Shown here: positions 1 to 9,471 of the stretch, one piece after another
How the letters are laid out: every line of letters begins with the position of its first letter
Position numbering within the stretch: the first letter of the stretch is position 1
Assembly (NCBI GenBank): GCA_030621105.1
Contig: JAUXIH010000001.1
Coordinates: forward strand, 1 to 41,331
Length of the DNA stretch: 41,331 nucleotides
DNA from: Dehalococcoidia bacterium
Lineage (GTDB): Bacteria; Chloroflexota; Dehalococcoidia; GIF9; AB-539-J10
Direction: 5' to 3'
Translations under genes and position numbers: made by a program
The notes under the pieces: generated by a model
Seen by the model: the letters and a program-made list of their open reading frames with translations, nothing else
Told to the model about the DNA's origin: nothing
The model's database searches: none

Positions 1-1
1 G

Positions 2-439
2 AAAAATCGCAGATCTTGGCAGGCAGCAAAGGAGACAGCAGCCTACCTTCACCTCTCCGGACTCGCCCAACACCTGAATAATGATAAAACTACTCTGAGG
101 CACTGGGCAAAGAACTCTAGCCTTAAACATTGGAGAGATGATCCTGTTGGCAAAATTACCGGGGTAGGTATCACAACCTTTCAATACCTTCGAATGATGG
201 GAGGGATAGATACCGCAATGCCCGATAAGATAGTGAGGAGAGTAGTCAAGGAAATTCTTAACAGCGCTGGATCGAACCTTCCCACTACTGATGACATGGA
301 TCTGGTCAATACCATCCACTATATGGCAAAAATATCAGGGTGCAGGTCTATCGAGATATGCTGGATGACATGGCTGATTCAGCGTGAAGGGGAGATGATA
401 AGAATGGATAAATATGACAAGTTATTGAGTCGAATTTAA
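2..439 (+). CDS. 3' part of a hypothetical protein (5' end outside the window) with a helix-hairpin-helix-like segment
   Basis: The reading frame is open from the window edge to the TAA at 437-439, so the 81-aa track ORF is only its tail. The segment GKITGVGITTFQYLRMMGGIDTAMPDKIV resembles an HhH motif. No family recognised. Confidence 0.4.
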   Translation, partial: KNRRSWQAAKETAAYLHLSGLAQHLNNDKTTLRHWAKNSSLKHWRDDPVGKITGVGITTFQYLRMMGGIDTAMPDKIVRRVVKEILNSAGSNLPTTDDMDLVNTIHYMAKISGCRSIEICWMTWLIQREGEMIRMDKYDKLLSRI

Positions 440-504
440 TACAGGGAGAATCACGTCAATGCTAGCTCTTACTTCAGGTACAGGCAAGATGGAAAAGTAA
501 GTAA

Positions 505-1410
505 ATGATGTCTTGGCTCGGTGCAGCGATATTAAGTGCAGCGACACTGGGGTTGATAAATATTATTGACAGCCACCTCCTGTCCAAGCGTATGCCAAGT
601 CTTGGTTCCTATCTCGTCCCTGTAGGTATAGCAAATTTGATTGGTGGCCTGGTCATTTTCCTGCTCTGCCCTCCGCCAGCAAATCTAAGCTCAGTACAAA
701 TAAGCATAGCGCTGGCATCTGGCATCTCTCGCACAGCAGCCATAATCATAATTCTGCGAGCCTTGCAGAACAACGAGGTTTCCAAAATAGTGCCTGTCAC
801 TAATATTTACCCCATCTTCGTTGCAATTCTCGCTATCCCAATCCTGGGAGAAATCCTGATAGGCGTACAGTGGATAGCCATTCTAATCACCACAGCGGGG
901 GCAATGTTAATCTTCAGTAACATAGATAGAGGCCTTCCAAAAGCTAGGCCAGGAAAAACACTTCCCTTACTCATCACAGCCAGTCTACTTATAGCTGTCG
1001 CCAACATATCAGGCAAATTTGCTCTGGACTATATCTCCCCCTGGAATCTGTACACCATCACGACCTTTTGTATGGCTGGAATTTTCTTCCTGCTCTTCCT
1101 GCGTTTCAAGATTTTTCGGGAGCTTGGCCATCTTAAACGCCCCGTAGCTACTATGAGTCTTCTTGCTGGCAACGAGACGTTAGTCCTGTTGAGCATGGTG
1201 CTCTTCTTCTGGGCTATGGATCGTGGATCTGTATCCTTAGTTTCCGCAATTGCTGGTACAATGCCAGCATTTGTTTTCATATATGCCGTTGTCATTAGCA
1301 GGGTCTCTCCCATCCTGATGGAATGGCACATGAAGAGAAAAACTATTGTGTTAAGAAGTATATCTATAGCCATGATTGTTGGAGGGGTTGCACTAATATA
1401 CCTCTACTAG
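505..1410 (+). CDS. EamA/DMT-family membrane transporter
   Basis: 301 aa, about ten hydrophobic helices in two similar halves, typical of drug/metabolite transporter (EamA) proteins. Confidence 0.75.
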   Translation: MMSWLGAAILSAATLGLINIIDSHLLSKRMPSLGSYLVPVGIANLIGGLVIFLLCPPPANLSSVQISIALASGISRTAAIIIILRALQNNEVSKIVPVTNIYPIFVAILAIPILGEILIGVQWIAILITTAGAMLIFSNIDRGLPKARPGKTLPLLITASLLIAVANISGKFALDYISPWNLYTITTFCMAGIFFLLFLRFKIFRELGHLKRPVATMSLLAGNETLVLLSMVLFFWAMDRGSVSLVSAIAGTMPAFVFIYAVVISRVSPILMEWHMKRKTIVLRSISIAMIVGGVALIYLY

Positions 1411-1531
1411 TATAATGCTACACCTCTACCAAACACCCGAAGAGTTGCTGTGACAAGCTCGACAGATCAGTACTCAGGGAACTCCCTGACAGCTTCACAA
1501 TACTACATCCAGGTAGGAAAAAGATAATAAC

Positions 1532-1557
1532 CTGCACCTATAATACTATAGGTGCAG
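1532..1557 (-). terminator. Rho-independent terminator candidate after the GTPase gene
   Basis: Perfect 11-bp stem CTGCACCTATA/TATAGGTGCAG with loop ATAC, directly after the stop at 1560. On the minus strand it is followed by GTTATTATCTTTTTCC. It lies between convergent genes. Confidence 0.6.
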
Positions 1558-1559
1558 CA

Positions 1560-2540
1560 TTATATGTGAAACTCTACAATATCTCCATCCTGTAGCACCT
1601 GGTTCCTGCTAACCCGCTGTCCGTTAAATTTGCCTGCCCCCCAAGCTACAGCATATTTTAATTTGGCCTGGAAGTCCTTGTGAATAGATTCAGCAGCATC
1701 CATAACATTGCTACCACTCCTCAAAATTACAGGATCAGTGAGATCAGCCTTCTCACCCGGAACTTTAGTATACACGCGGATAATATCCATCTCTTGGAAA
1801 ATCTTCCTCTTGAACTCCTCCAATCCAGTACCATCTTGCGCTGAAACAGCAATCATGGGAAACGAGGTGCTGTATCTCTTAAGCGCGTGCTGCCATATTC
1901 CATCCGAACCAGGCAAATCCCTCTTATTACCAACAATTAACATCTTCTTGGCATAAGTACCCAGCGGCAGATCTCTGTCATCAGGCAATAAATGTTCTAT
2001 CCTCACTTGCCGCAGGCTCTGTAAAACCCGCTCCACTTGACCCCCTACATCTATCTCCAGGCTCACTACAATAGCAATAATATCTGCACCTCGAAAGGCA
2101 TTATTCAACAAAGTTTGTGCCTCTCTATATTCTATGGGAGGAGTATCCACCAACTGAATTTGGGTATTTTCAAATCTCATCATGCCTAGCAAAGGTCTTG
2201 TGCTGGTAAATGGGTAAGCAGCTATCTCAGGAGTCGCCTCGGTAAGCATGGTTAACAACTGTGACTTTCCTGTGTTGGTTGGTCCCAGCAAGATTACCTG
2301 CCCGGCTCCTTCTCGAGCAACATAAAACCCCGCTCTTCTAGCAGTAGCAGACTTTTTTTCCGCTTCGCTGGAAAGTTTGGCAATCTTCCTTCGCAGGCCA
2401 GCGTGAAGTTTGTCTGTCCCCTTGTGCCGGGGCATGATGGCAAGCATTAATTGCAAGGCCTCAATCTTATCCTCGGGGCCCTTGGCCATCCTGTATTGCT
2501 TCTCAGCCTCGAAGTATTGCGGGGGCAAATTAGCTGGCAT
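1560..2540 (-). CDS. DRG/Obg-like GTP-binding protein with C-terminal TGS domain
   Basis: G1 GPTNTGKS, G4 NKRD, and a C-terminal TGS-like segment (GDIVEFHI end). The N-terminal helix HKGTDKLHAGLRRKIAKL resembles the DRG N-terminus. The G3 position reads DTPP rather than DxxG. Confidence 0.75.
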   Translation of the reverse strand: MPANLPPQYFEAEKQYRMAKGPEDKIEALQLMLAIMPRHKGTDKLHAGLRRKIAKLSSEAEKKSATARRAGFYVAREGAGQVILLGPTNTGKSQLLTMLTEATPEIAAYPFTSTRPLLGMMRFENTQIQLVDTPPIEYREAQTLLNNAFRGADIIAIVVSLEIDVGGQVERVLQSLRQVRIEHLLPDDRDLPLGTYAKKMLIVGNKRDLPGSDGIWQHALKRYSTSFPMIAVSAQDGTGLEEFKRKIFQEMDIIRVYTKVPGEKADLTDPVILRSGSNVMDAAESIHKDFQAKLKYAVAWGAGKFNGQRVSRNQVLQDGDIVEFHI

Positions 2541-2692
2541 AACTTATTATTCCCTCAATTGTAGTATTAGGAAAACCTGCTAAAACAAAGCTAAAAATAG
2601 TAGGGATTTTAGCCTATCGCTCGTAATTGCCATCAGCGGAAAAGACCATGTGGAAACACAGGCTATGCTGTAATTACCGTTCATCCTAATAA

Positions 2693-3283
2693 TCACAGGT
2701 CTGCAAATACCTGAGGCGCTAGCTGTTTCATAATATCACGTATACGGCCAGCAACAGCCCTCATCTCAGGCAACGCCTGCTGCGATGTACGCAGTTGGAT
2801 AATATGCCTGATCTCGCGGAAATTCCATGTACATATTATCTGGGTCTCGCAGGCATTGGGAAGAACATAACGGGCCAGCTCGGGCTTAATCCCTTTGCTC
2901 AGTAATTGTCTATATGTCGCCCAGCAGGCATCCATAATACGCTGAAAGTTCTCATGAGCAGCGTCGTTATCTTTGATCTCTGGAGGCTCAATGTATTGAG
3001 CCTCCAGCTCTCTAACATAGCGCTGGCTCCTCTGGCTATAGCTCGCCAAGCGATGTCTGATAAGCTCATGTGTCAGGACACGGCTAGCTCTAATATAAAA
3101 TGTGGCACTGGCATGCTCAATCATTGATACATGCCCTATCTTAATCCACCTCTGGATTCGATCAGGCACGGTTCCTGTTTTATCTTGGGTGTCCCAGCAT
3201 AATCTTCCAGCAGTCTCTATCAAATTATCAGCACCTGGGGTGGATGACAACAATTTAACTTCTATATCGTATATCTCCGCCAT
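2693..3283 (-). CDS. thyX: FAD-dependent thymidylate synthase ThyX
   Basis: ThyX signature RHRxxSxxxxSxR present as ELIRHRLASYSQRSQRY. 196 aa. Lies directly downstream of dut on the same strand. Confidence 0.9.
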   Translation of the reverse strand: MAEIYDIEVKLLSSTPGADNLIETAGRLCWDTQDKTGTVPDRIQRWIKIGHVSMIEHASATFYIRASRVLTHELIRHRLASYSQRSQRYVRELEAQYIEPPEIKDNDAAHENFQRIMDACWATYRQLLSKGIKPELARYVLPNACETQIICTWNFREIRHIIQLRTSQQALPEMRAVAGRIRDIMKQLAPQVFADL

Positions 3284-3297
3284 TTTTTATCCTCTCT

Positions 3298-3768
3298 TTA
3301 AACCAGACCTGTAGAACCATGCCCTCCTCCATCTCTTGCCGTCAATGACAGTTTCTCAACCTCTGCAACGGGCAGATCAGCCAACTTGCTTATCACGAGC
3401 TGTGCTATCCTATCCCCGTGCTTGATAACAAAAGGAGCATCATTCCCCAGAGTATACAAGGTAACCTTTAATTCCCCGCGATAATCGCTGTCTATGGTAC
3501 CGAAGGTAGCCACAACCCCCCTTGCTGATAAACCTGATCGTGGTCGTATTTGGACATCATAACCTCGAGGCACCTCAATAGCTATTCCGGTGCCAATCAA
3601 TGCTGGCTTTCCCTGTAGCTGTACACTATGGCTCTCACTTTTAATGTAAGCAAATAGATCTAATCCAGAGGAGCCCAAGGAGGCACGCCGTGGCAAGCAG
3701 GCATCAGGATATAGCTTTTTTACTTTCATTACTGCCCTATCACTACTTTCATTAACCTTCCTGCTCAT
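3298..3768 (-). CDS. dut: dUTP diphosphatase
   Basis: dUTPase motifs GSSGLDL, RPRSGL and GTIDSDYRGE. An alternative, more typical start is the ATG at 3729 (MKVKKLYPDA...). Confidence 0.9.
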   Translation of the reverse strand: MSRKVNESSDRAVMKVKKLYPDACLPRRASLGSSGLDLFAYIKSESHSVQLQGKPALIGTGIAIEVPRGYDVQIRPRSGLSARGVVATFGTIDSDYRGELKVTLYTLGNDAPFVIKHGDRIAQLVISKLADLPVAEVEKLSLTARDGGGHGSTGLV

Positions 3769-3909
3769 CTCTAAACCTTAACTAATATCTTACTCCCTGT
3801 TCACACATTGTGATTTTACCTTGACTGCTAAATATGGACAAGAGGCAACAGAGCTTGTCTTATTACGAAGGGAGAGCCCTGAAACATAAGGTGCTGCTCC
3901 AATGATGTC

Positions 3910-3939
3910 TTGACAAAGAGGGCCCATACTTCTTAGAAT
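3910..3939 (+). promoter_or_regulatory. Candidate sigma70-type promoter for proXVW
   Basis: TTGACA (3910-3915), 18-nt spacer, TAGAAT (3934-3939). It would give a leader of roughly 280 nt. Confidence 0.3.
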
Positions 3940-4226
3940 AAAGTAATCTCGAGTTACTTTTGATAGTATAACCAGACTAGTAAATACCGAAAGGAGTGTC
4001 AGAAATATAAAAGTTAGTCAAATAACAAAGTGGTACAGGTTCAGATTTTTATCTCTCTCACCCAGATTGTCAGCTACTAATTTTCCAAAGAGTATCATTC
4101 AAGCCCCCTCCAGCACGGGTTACTTCTACTGAATGTAATTTCTCATCCACTGAGATTCGCTCAGGGACTTTTTGAATCCCTCATTCTGCGGGTAGAAACT
4201 TTTGTCAACAAGGAGGTAATGAATTA

Positions 4227-5252
4227 ATGATAAAAAACCACGGATTATTCAGTAAACCATTGGTGTTTGTCCTGGCAGCCGCTTTTGTCCTGGTGCCACT
4301 TGCTGGTTGTGGATCCCAAGAACAAGCCCCTGTACATTTTGCCGATCTTGGTTGGGATAGTGCACGTGTAAATAACCGTATCGCTGCCTTTATCCTGGAA
4401 CATGGTTACGGCTTGACAGTAGATGAGCAGGAATCCTTTGTTCCTGGTGATACCATTCCGCTGTTTGAAGGTCTGGCTCAAGGTGATGTAGATATAGAGA
4501 TGGAGTGCTGGGTAGAGAATCAGCAAGAGGCCTATGATACACACATCGCTGCCGGTGATCTGGTTGATTTGGGAACAAATTACAATGACAACTGGCAGGG
4601 ATGGCTTGTACCTACTTACATGATCAAGGGAGACCCCGAACGGGGAATAGAGCCCATGGCCCCCAACCTGACATCGGTATCTGACCTGCCCCAGTACTGG
4701 CAGCTCTTCCAGGATCCGGAAACCCCCGAAAAAGGGCGCTTTTACAATAGCGCTCCCGGCTGGGAATGCACCGGCATTAATACGGTGAAACTTGAGGAAT
4801 ACGGCTTAACCGAGTATTATACCGACTTTCCAACTGGCTCAGGCGCAGCCCTAGCCGGCTCTATGGTTGCTGCCTACCAGAAAGGCGAGTCCTGGCTTGG
4901 TTACTACTGGGAACCGACATGGGTTCTAGGTCAGCTCGACATGACGAAGCTGGAGGAACCCGCATACAATGAAACAATATGGGGGACAACTCGTGCCTGT
5001 GCTTATCCTTCCAACAATGTAAACATCATAGTTAACGCCAAATGGAAGGATAGTGCAGACCCGGCAGTAATAGAGTTTCTCAGCAACTATGAAACCACAA
5101 CTGCACAAGCAAATGCTGTTCTGTCCTACATGAATACAAACGACGCTGATGCTGAAGCTGCTGCCATCTATTTCCTCCAGGAGTATGAGCCTGTATGGAC
5201 ATCATGGGTGCCAGCAGATGTAGCGGCTAAAGTCAAAGATGCACTGCCGTAA
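4227..5252 (+). CDS. proX: Glycine betaine/proline betaine ABC transporter substrate-binding lipoprotein
   Basis: Signal peptide with lipobox LAGC. ADLGWDSARVNN and aromatic-rich ProX/OpuAC-like sequence. Followed by proV and proW. SD AAGGAGG lies upstream. Confidence 0.85.
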   Translation: MIKNHGLFSKPLVFVLAAAFVLVPLAGCGSQEQAPVHFADLGWDSARVNNRIAAFILEHGYGLTVDEQESFVPGDTIPLFEGLAQGDVDIEMECWVENQQEAYDTHIAAGDLVDLGTNYNDNWQGWLVPTYMIKGDPERGIEPMAPNLTSVSDLPQYWQLFQDPETPEKGRFYNSAPGWECTGINTVKLEEYGLTEYYTDFPTGSGAALAGSMVAAYQKGESWLGYYWEPTWVLGQLDMTKLEEPAYNETIWGTTRACAYPSNNVNIIVNAKWKDSADPAVIEFLSNYETTTAQANAVLSYMNTNDADAEAAAIYFLQEYEPVWTSWVPADVAAKVKDALP

Positions 5253-5287
5253 ATACTAACATCGGCAACAAGACAAAGAGAACTAAA

Positions 5288-6520
5288 TTGGCAATTAATA
5301 ATATCTACCCGCAGAATGAGGAAGTCAGCATTGAGGTAAACAATCTCTGGAAGATCTTCGGAGATAATGTTGAGAAAGTTCTCGATTCTGACACACAGTT
5401 TGCTGGCAAAACTGACATACTGGAAAAGACCGGTTGTGTGTTGGCAATAAAAGATGTGTCTTTTCAGGTACATCGTGGGGAAATTTTCGTGCTGATGGGT
5501 CTATCTGGCAGCGGAAAGTCTACCTTGGTCAGGTGTATTCTGCGCCTTGTCGAGCCTACAGATGGCAAGATATTCATCAATGGAGAGAATGTCTGTGACT
5601 GCACAGCGCGGCAACTTACTGAGCTGCGCCGGCACACCGTCAGTATGGTGTTTCAATACTTTGGTTTGCTTCCACATCGCAACATTCTAGAGAACGTTGC
5701 CTATGGGCTCAAGATCAGAGGAATGGCCAAGAGTAAACGTGAGGCCAAAGCACGGGAGATGATCGAACTAGTTGGGCTCAAGGGATGGGAGAGTTATCTC
5801 CCCTCCGCACTCAGCGGCGGTATGCAGCAACGTGTGGGTATTGCACGAGCTCTGTCAACTGATCCTAAGATGTTGATTATGGATGAACCTTTCAGTGGGT
5901 TGGATCCCCTGATTCGCCGCCAAATGCAGGATGAGTTGCTGGACATCCAGGAAAAGGTTCATAAAACTATCCTGTTTGTAACTCATGATCTCCACGAGGC
6001 CCTTAAATTAGGAAATCGTATTGCTATCATGAAGGATGGTGAAATAATTCAAATCGGTGACCCTGAAGAAGTGATAACCGCTCCCAGTGATGGTTATGTT
6101 CGTGAGTTTGTCCAGGACGCATCACCGGCCAAAGTTCTCACGGCTAAACGTATCATGGAGCAACCCAACGTATTACTTTATGAGTGGCAAGGACCCAAGA
6201 CTGCCATGCATATACTTGAGAGTACTGAACTGGACAATGCTTTTGTCCTGGGAAGGGGAAGCAAATTCCGCGGACTGGTAACTGTTGAGCGACTGCTGGA
6301 AATAATTAAGGGTGGTGGCAAATCCATCATGAACGCGCTGGAACCTGAGCCACTCAGGTGTACTTCAGACACCATAGTGGAAGACCTGTTCCCGCTGGTG
6401 GCATCAACCAGACACCCTATTCCTGTTGTTGATGATGACGGGAAATTTCTGGGAGAGATTCACACCAGTACGATATTAGGAAGCATGATTCAGGATAAGG
6501 AGACAGAACCCAGTGATTGA
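5288..6520 (+). CDS. proV: Glycine betaine/proline ABC transporter ATP-binding protein with C-terminal CBS region
   Basis: Walker A GLSGSGKST, signature LSGGMQQRV, Walker B LIMDEPFS. N-terminus like ProV (NNLWKIFG). TTG start. Confidence 0.9.
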   Translation: MAINNIYPQNEEVSIEVNNLWKIFGDNVEKVLDSDTQFAGKTDILEKTGCVLAIKDVSFQVHRGEIFVLMGLSGSGKSTLVRCILRLVEPTDGKIFINGENVCDCTARQLTELRRHTVSMVFQYFGLLPHRNILENVAYGLKIRGMAKSKREAKAREMIELVGLKGWESYLPSALSGGMQQRVGIARALSTDPKMLIMDEPFSGLDPLIRRQMQDELLDIQEKVHKTILFVTHDLHEALKLGNRIAIMKDGEIIQIGDPEEVITAPSDGYVREFVQDASPAKVLTAKRIMEQPNVLLYEWQGPKTAMHILESTELDNAFVLGRGSKFRGLVTVERLLEIIKGGGKSIMNALEPEPLRCTSDTIVEDLFPLVASTRHPIPVVDDDGKFLGEIHTSTILGSMIQDKETEPSD

Positions 6521-7370
6521 ATTTCCTGCATTTATACATGTGCCCCTGGCTGAATGGACTGATGCCGCTATGGATTGGATATTGCGCGTCTTCAGCGATG
6601 TATTTGACGTTATTGGTGATGCCATTCTGTTTATGCTTCTATATATTGAGAAATTTCTTCTATGGCTACCCTGGACACTGGTAATTGTATTAGTAGGCAT
6701 AGTCGCATGGCGCGCGACGCATCGGTGGTGGGCAGGATTACTCATGGCAGGATTCTTAGTTCTAATCGGCAGCTTTGGCTACTGGGACCTGGCTATGATG
6801 ACTTTGGCTATTGTTATTGCTGCTGTAATAATATCCCTGCTCATCGGCATTCCAACAGGGATAGCGATGGCCCGCAGCAACCTAGTGGAAACTATTATCA
6901 GGCCAATACTAGATGCTATGCAGACCATGCCCAGCTTCGTCTATTTGATTCCTGCGCTGATGCTGTTTGGACTAGGAAAAGTTCCTGCAGTATTTGCTAC
7001 CATTATATATGCTGTGCCTCCCGTCATCAGGTTAACAAATGTTGGCATCAGGCAAGTATCGCCAGATGTTATTGAAGCATCCCGATCCTTTGGGGCTACG
7101 CCAGGACAAACACTTATGGAGGTTCAGCTGCCTCTGGCCATCCCCTCAATAATGGTAGGCATCAATCAAACCACAATGATGGCCTTATCCATGGTGGTCA
7201 TTGCCTCCATGATCGGGGCCAGGGGATTGGGATTAGAAGTACTGTTGGCCATCAACCGTATTGACATCGGTAGAGGTTTTGAAGCAGGCATTTCCATCGT
7301 ATTGCTGGCAATCATCATCGATAGAATAACTGCTGGGCTGGCACCAAAACAGGAGCATCCTGCTAGCTAG
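6513..7370 (+). CDS. proW: Glycine betaine/proline ABC transporter permease
   Basis: Multi-helix permease carrying an EAA-like loop (IEASRSFGATPGQ). GTG start overlaps the proV stop by 8 nt. Confidence 0.9.
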   Translation: MIEFPAFIHVPLAEWTDAAMDWILRVFSDVFDVIGDAILFMLLYIEKFLLWLPWTLVIVLVGIVAWRATHRWWAGLLMAGFLVLIGSFGYWDLAMMTLAIVIAAVIISLLIGIPTGIAMARSNLVETIIRPILDAMQTMPSFVYLIPALMLFGLGKVPAVFATIIYAVPPVIRLTNVGIRQVSPDVIEASRSFGATPGQTLMEVQLPLAIPSIMVGINQTTMMALSMVVIASMIGARGLGLEVLLAINRIDIGRGFEAGISIVLLAIIIDRITAGLAPKQEHPAS

Positions 7371-7608
7371 TCATTATCATTGCACACTTATGCTATTCTA
7401 CCCTTCCAACCGCAACGGCAAGATATCATCCTACGGTATAAATCGCCGCTATCTAGCACAAACGAACCGAGGAGAAAACAATGTCCATCTGCTAGAAAAT
7501 TCTGCCGTGTTCTATAAGATCTCCATATCAATCCAAAATACCCTATAGTTATTTTTCGTCTATAGCCATACAAAATAGGCCATTTATACATATTTTTCCG
7601 TAGAATAC

Positions 7609-7636
7609 TTGATAAATTAATGTAAACATATAAAAT
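7609..7636 (+). promoter_or_regulatory. Candidate promoter of the nrpR-hisF-FMN operon
   Basis: TTGATA (7609-7614), 16-nt spacer, TAAAAT (7631-7636). Confidence 0.3.
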
Positions 7637-7641
7637 AACAC

Positions 7642-7655
7642 GGTAAAAGGTTACC
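7642..7655 (+). promoter_or_regulatory. 14-bp palindrome GGTAAAAGGTTACC, candidate operator
   Basis: Inverted repeat GGTAA/TTACC, with the same length and GG-N10-CC frame as the methanogen NrpR operator GGAA-N6-TTCC. It starts 6 nt after the predicted -10. Confidence 0.3.
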
Positions 7656-7685
7656 TTCGATTGCTAACATGTTTAAAGGAGATAA

Positions 7686-8684
7686 GTGTTACTACAATCC
7701 CCTCAAGAGGTAGAACGCAAGGTTATATCTATCCTGAAGGTTCTGAGTGAGTCTCAGGAGCCTCTGGGAGCGAGGGTCATTGCCCAACGCATGAAAGGCT
7801 ACGGAGTTGAGCTGGGCGAAAGGGCGGTGAGATACCACCTCAAGACGACGGATGAACAGGGGTTAACCCAACTAGTAGGACGGCGAGACGGTCGGTTGCT
7901 TACTGAGAAGGGAGCGGAAGAAGTAAAGAGTGCTCTGGTTGAAGACAAGGTTGGCTTTGCCCTCTCCGGAATCGAGCTCCTCGCTTTTCGCACCAACTTC
8001 AATTGGGAGAAGTGCAGCGGCCTAGTTCCAGTTAATATCTCTTATTTCCCTAAAGAAAAATTCAGCAAAGCGCTTCGAGCAATGAAGCCCGCTTTTAAAG
8101 AGGGTCTCTGCGTAAGTGATCTGGTGGCAGTAGCTTCTGAGGGAGAACGACTCGGAGAATTAGTCATCCCCCAGGGCAAGATAGGACTGGCAACAGTTTG
8201 TAGCATTGTAATTAATGGCTCACTGCTCAAAGCCGGTGTTCCCATGAGTTCTAGATTTGGGGGCATACTCCAAGTTCGAAATCACAAACCTCTTCGCTTC
8301 ATAGAGATCATTCACTATGCTGGCTGCTCCCTAGACCCATCGGAGATATTCATCAGGGCCAGAATGACCTCCGTCGGAGGAGTGGCAAAAATGGGTGACG
8401 GGAGAATACTGGCCAACTTCCGGGAAATACCAGCGATATGCCAACCGATAACAGAAGAGGTAGTAGCCAAGCTGAAGAAGGCAGGGCTGCAAGGATTGAT
8501 TATGATGGGGCATACTAGCGAACCGGTGTGCGAAGTGCCCGTGGAACTTAACAAAATTGGACTGGTTCTTATCGGAGGCCTGAACCCCGTAGCCGCTGCC
8601 CAGGAGGCAGGCATAGAGACCGAAAGCCGTGCTATGAGCACCGTCATGGAGTATAGAGACTTAATCAAAATTGAGGAGCTTTAA
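7686..8684 (+). CDS. nrpR: NrpR-type nitrogen regulatory repressor (winged HTH plus one NrpR/DUF128 domain)
   Basis: N-terminal wHTH ILKVLSESQEPLGARVIAQRMKGYGVELGERAVRYHLK followed by a roughly 230-aa domain resembling the NrpR regulatory domain. Its size matches the one-domain Methanosarcina type. SD AAGGAG lies 5 nt before the GTG. Context is nitrogen genes. Confidence 0.7.
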   Translation: MLLQSPQEVERKVISILKVLSESQEPLGARVIAQRMKGYGVELGERAVRYHLKTTDEQGLTQLVGRRDGRLLTEKGAEEVKSALVEDKVGFALSGIELLAFRTNFNWEKCSGLVPVNISYFPKEKFSKALRAMKPAFKEGLCVSDLVAVASEGERLGELVIPQGKIGLATVCSIVINGSLLKAGVPMSSRFGGILQVRNHKPLRFIEIIHYAGCSLDPSEIFIRARMTSVGGVAKMGDGRILANFREIPAICQPITEEVVAKLKKAGLQGLIMMGHTSEPVCEVPVELNKIGLVLIGGLNPVAAAQEAGIETESRAMSTVMEYRDLIKIEEL

Positions 8685-8686
8685 AG

Positions 8687-9457
8687 ATGAAAGAGATAAG
8701 AATTGTACCTTGCCTGGACGTCAAAGACGGGAGAGTAGTCAAGGGGGTAAACTTCGTAAACTTGCGGGACGCCCGAGACCCCGTGGAGGCGGCTGAGGCC
8801 TATTGTCGAGAGGGGGCAGACGAGCTCGTTTTCCTCGATATCATGGCTACGGTCGAGAACAGGAAAACAAGGCTGGAATGGGTGAAGAAGGTGGCGGAAA
8901 AAGTTACTATACCTTTTGCCGTTGGAGGTGGCATCGGGAGCACCAAGGATATGAAAGGCCTGTTCCAACTCGGCGTGGACAAGGTGTCAATCAATACCGC
9001 AGCGGTGAAAAATCCCGAACTCATAGGGGAGGCCTCTAAGGAGTTTGGAAAAGAGAAACTTGTGGTTGCTATCGATGGAAGGAAGAATCCCTTGGGAAGC
9101 GGTCTCCCCAGATTGGAAGTGGTAGTTAAAAGCGGCGGCGAGTCCACGGGGATGGATATTGTGGGGTGGGCCAAGAGGGTGGAAGAGCTGGGTGCGGGGG
9201 AGGTCTTACTCACAAGCAAGGATGCCGATGGGACCAAGGAAGGCTATGACCTGGAGATGACAAAAGCGGTTGCCGAAGCAGTCTCAATTCCGGTCACTGC
9301 TTCGGGGGGTGCAGGCAAATTAGAGCACTTTTATGAAGCGGTGGCGATCGGCAAAGCATCAGCAGTATTAGCTGCCTCTGTCTTCCACTTCGGAGAAATA
9401 TCTATACCCGAATGCAAAAAATACCTCAGGGAAAGAGGAATACCAGTAAAAATATAA
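8687..9457 (+). CDS. hisF: Imidazole glycerol phosphate synthase cyclase subunit HisF, copy 1
   Basis: [44 protein letters not shown] and ASGGAG motifs, collinear with T. maritima HisF. Starts 2 nt after the nrpR stop. Confidence 0.9.
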   Translation: MKEIRIVPCLDVKDGRVVKGVNFVNLRDARDPVEAAEAYCREGADELVFLDIMATVENRKTRLEWVKKVAEKVTIPFAVGGGIGSTKDMKGLFQLGVDKVSINTAAVKNPELIGEASKEFGKEKLVVAIDGRKNPLGSGLPRLEVVVKSGGESTGMDIVGWAKRVEELGAGEVLLTSKDADGTKEGYDLEMTKAVAEAVSIPVTASGGAGKLEHFYEAVAIGKASAVLAASVFHFGEISIPECKKYLRERGIPVKI

Positions 9458-9471
9458 AGGGAGGTAAACCA

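Noticed and set aside
9412-9471. Longer track starts for several genes (9412, 14020, 15096, 29849, 26225, 11502)
   Set aside because: The upstream extensions overlap the preceding gene or abut the SD. Internal start codons at 9472, 14047, 15189, 29939, 26216 and 11508 have properly spaced Shine-Dalgarno sequences and give family-typical N-termini.
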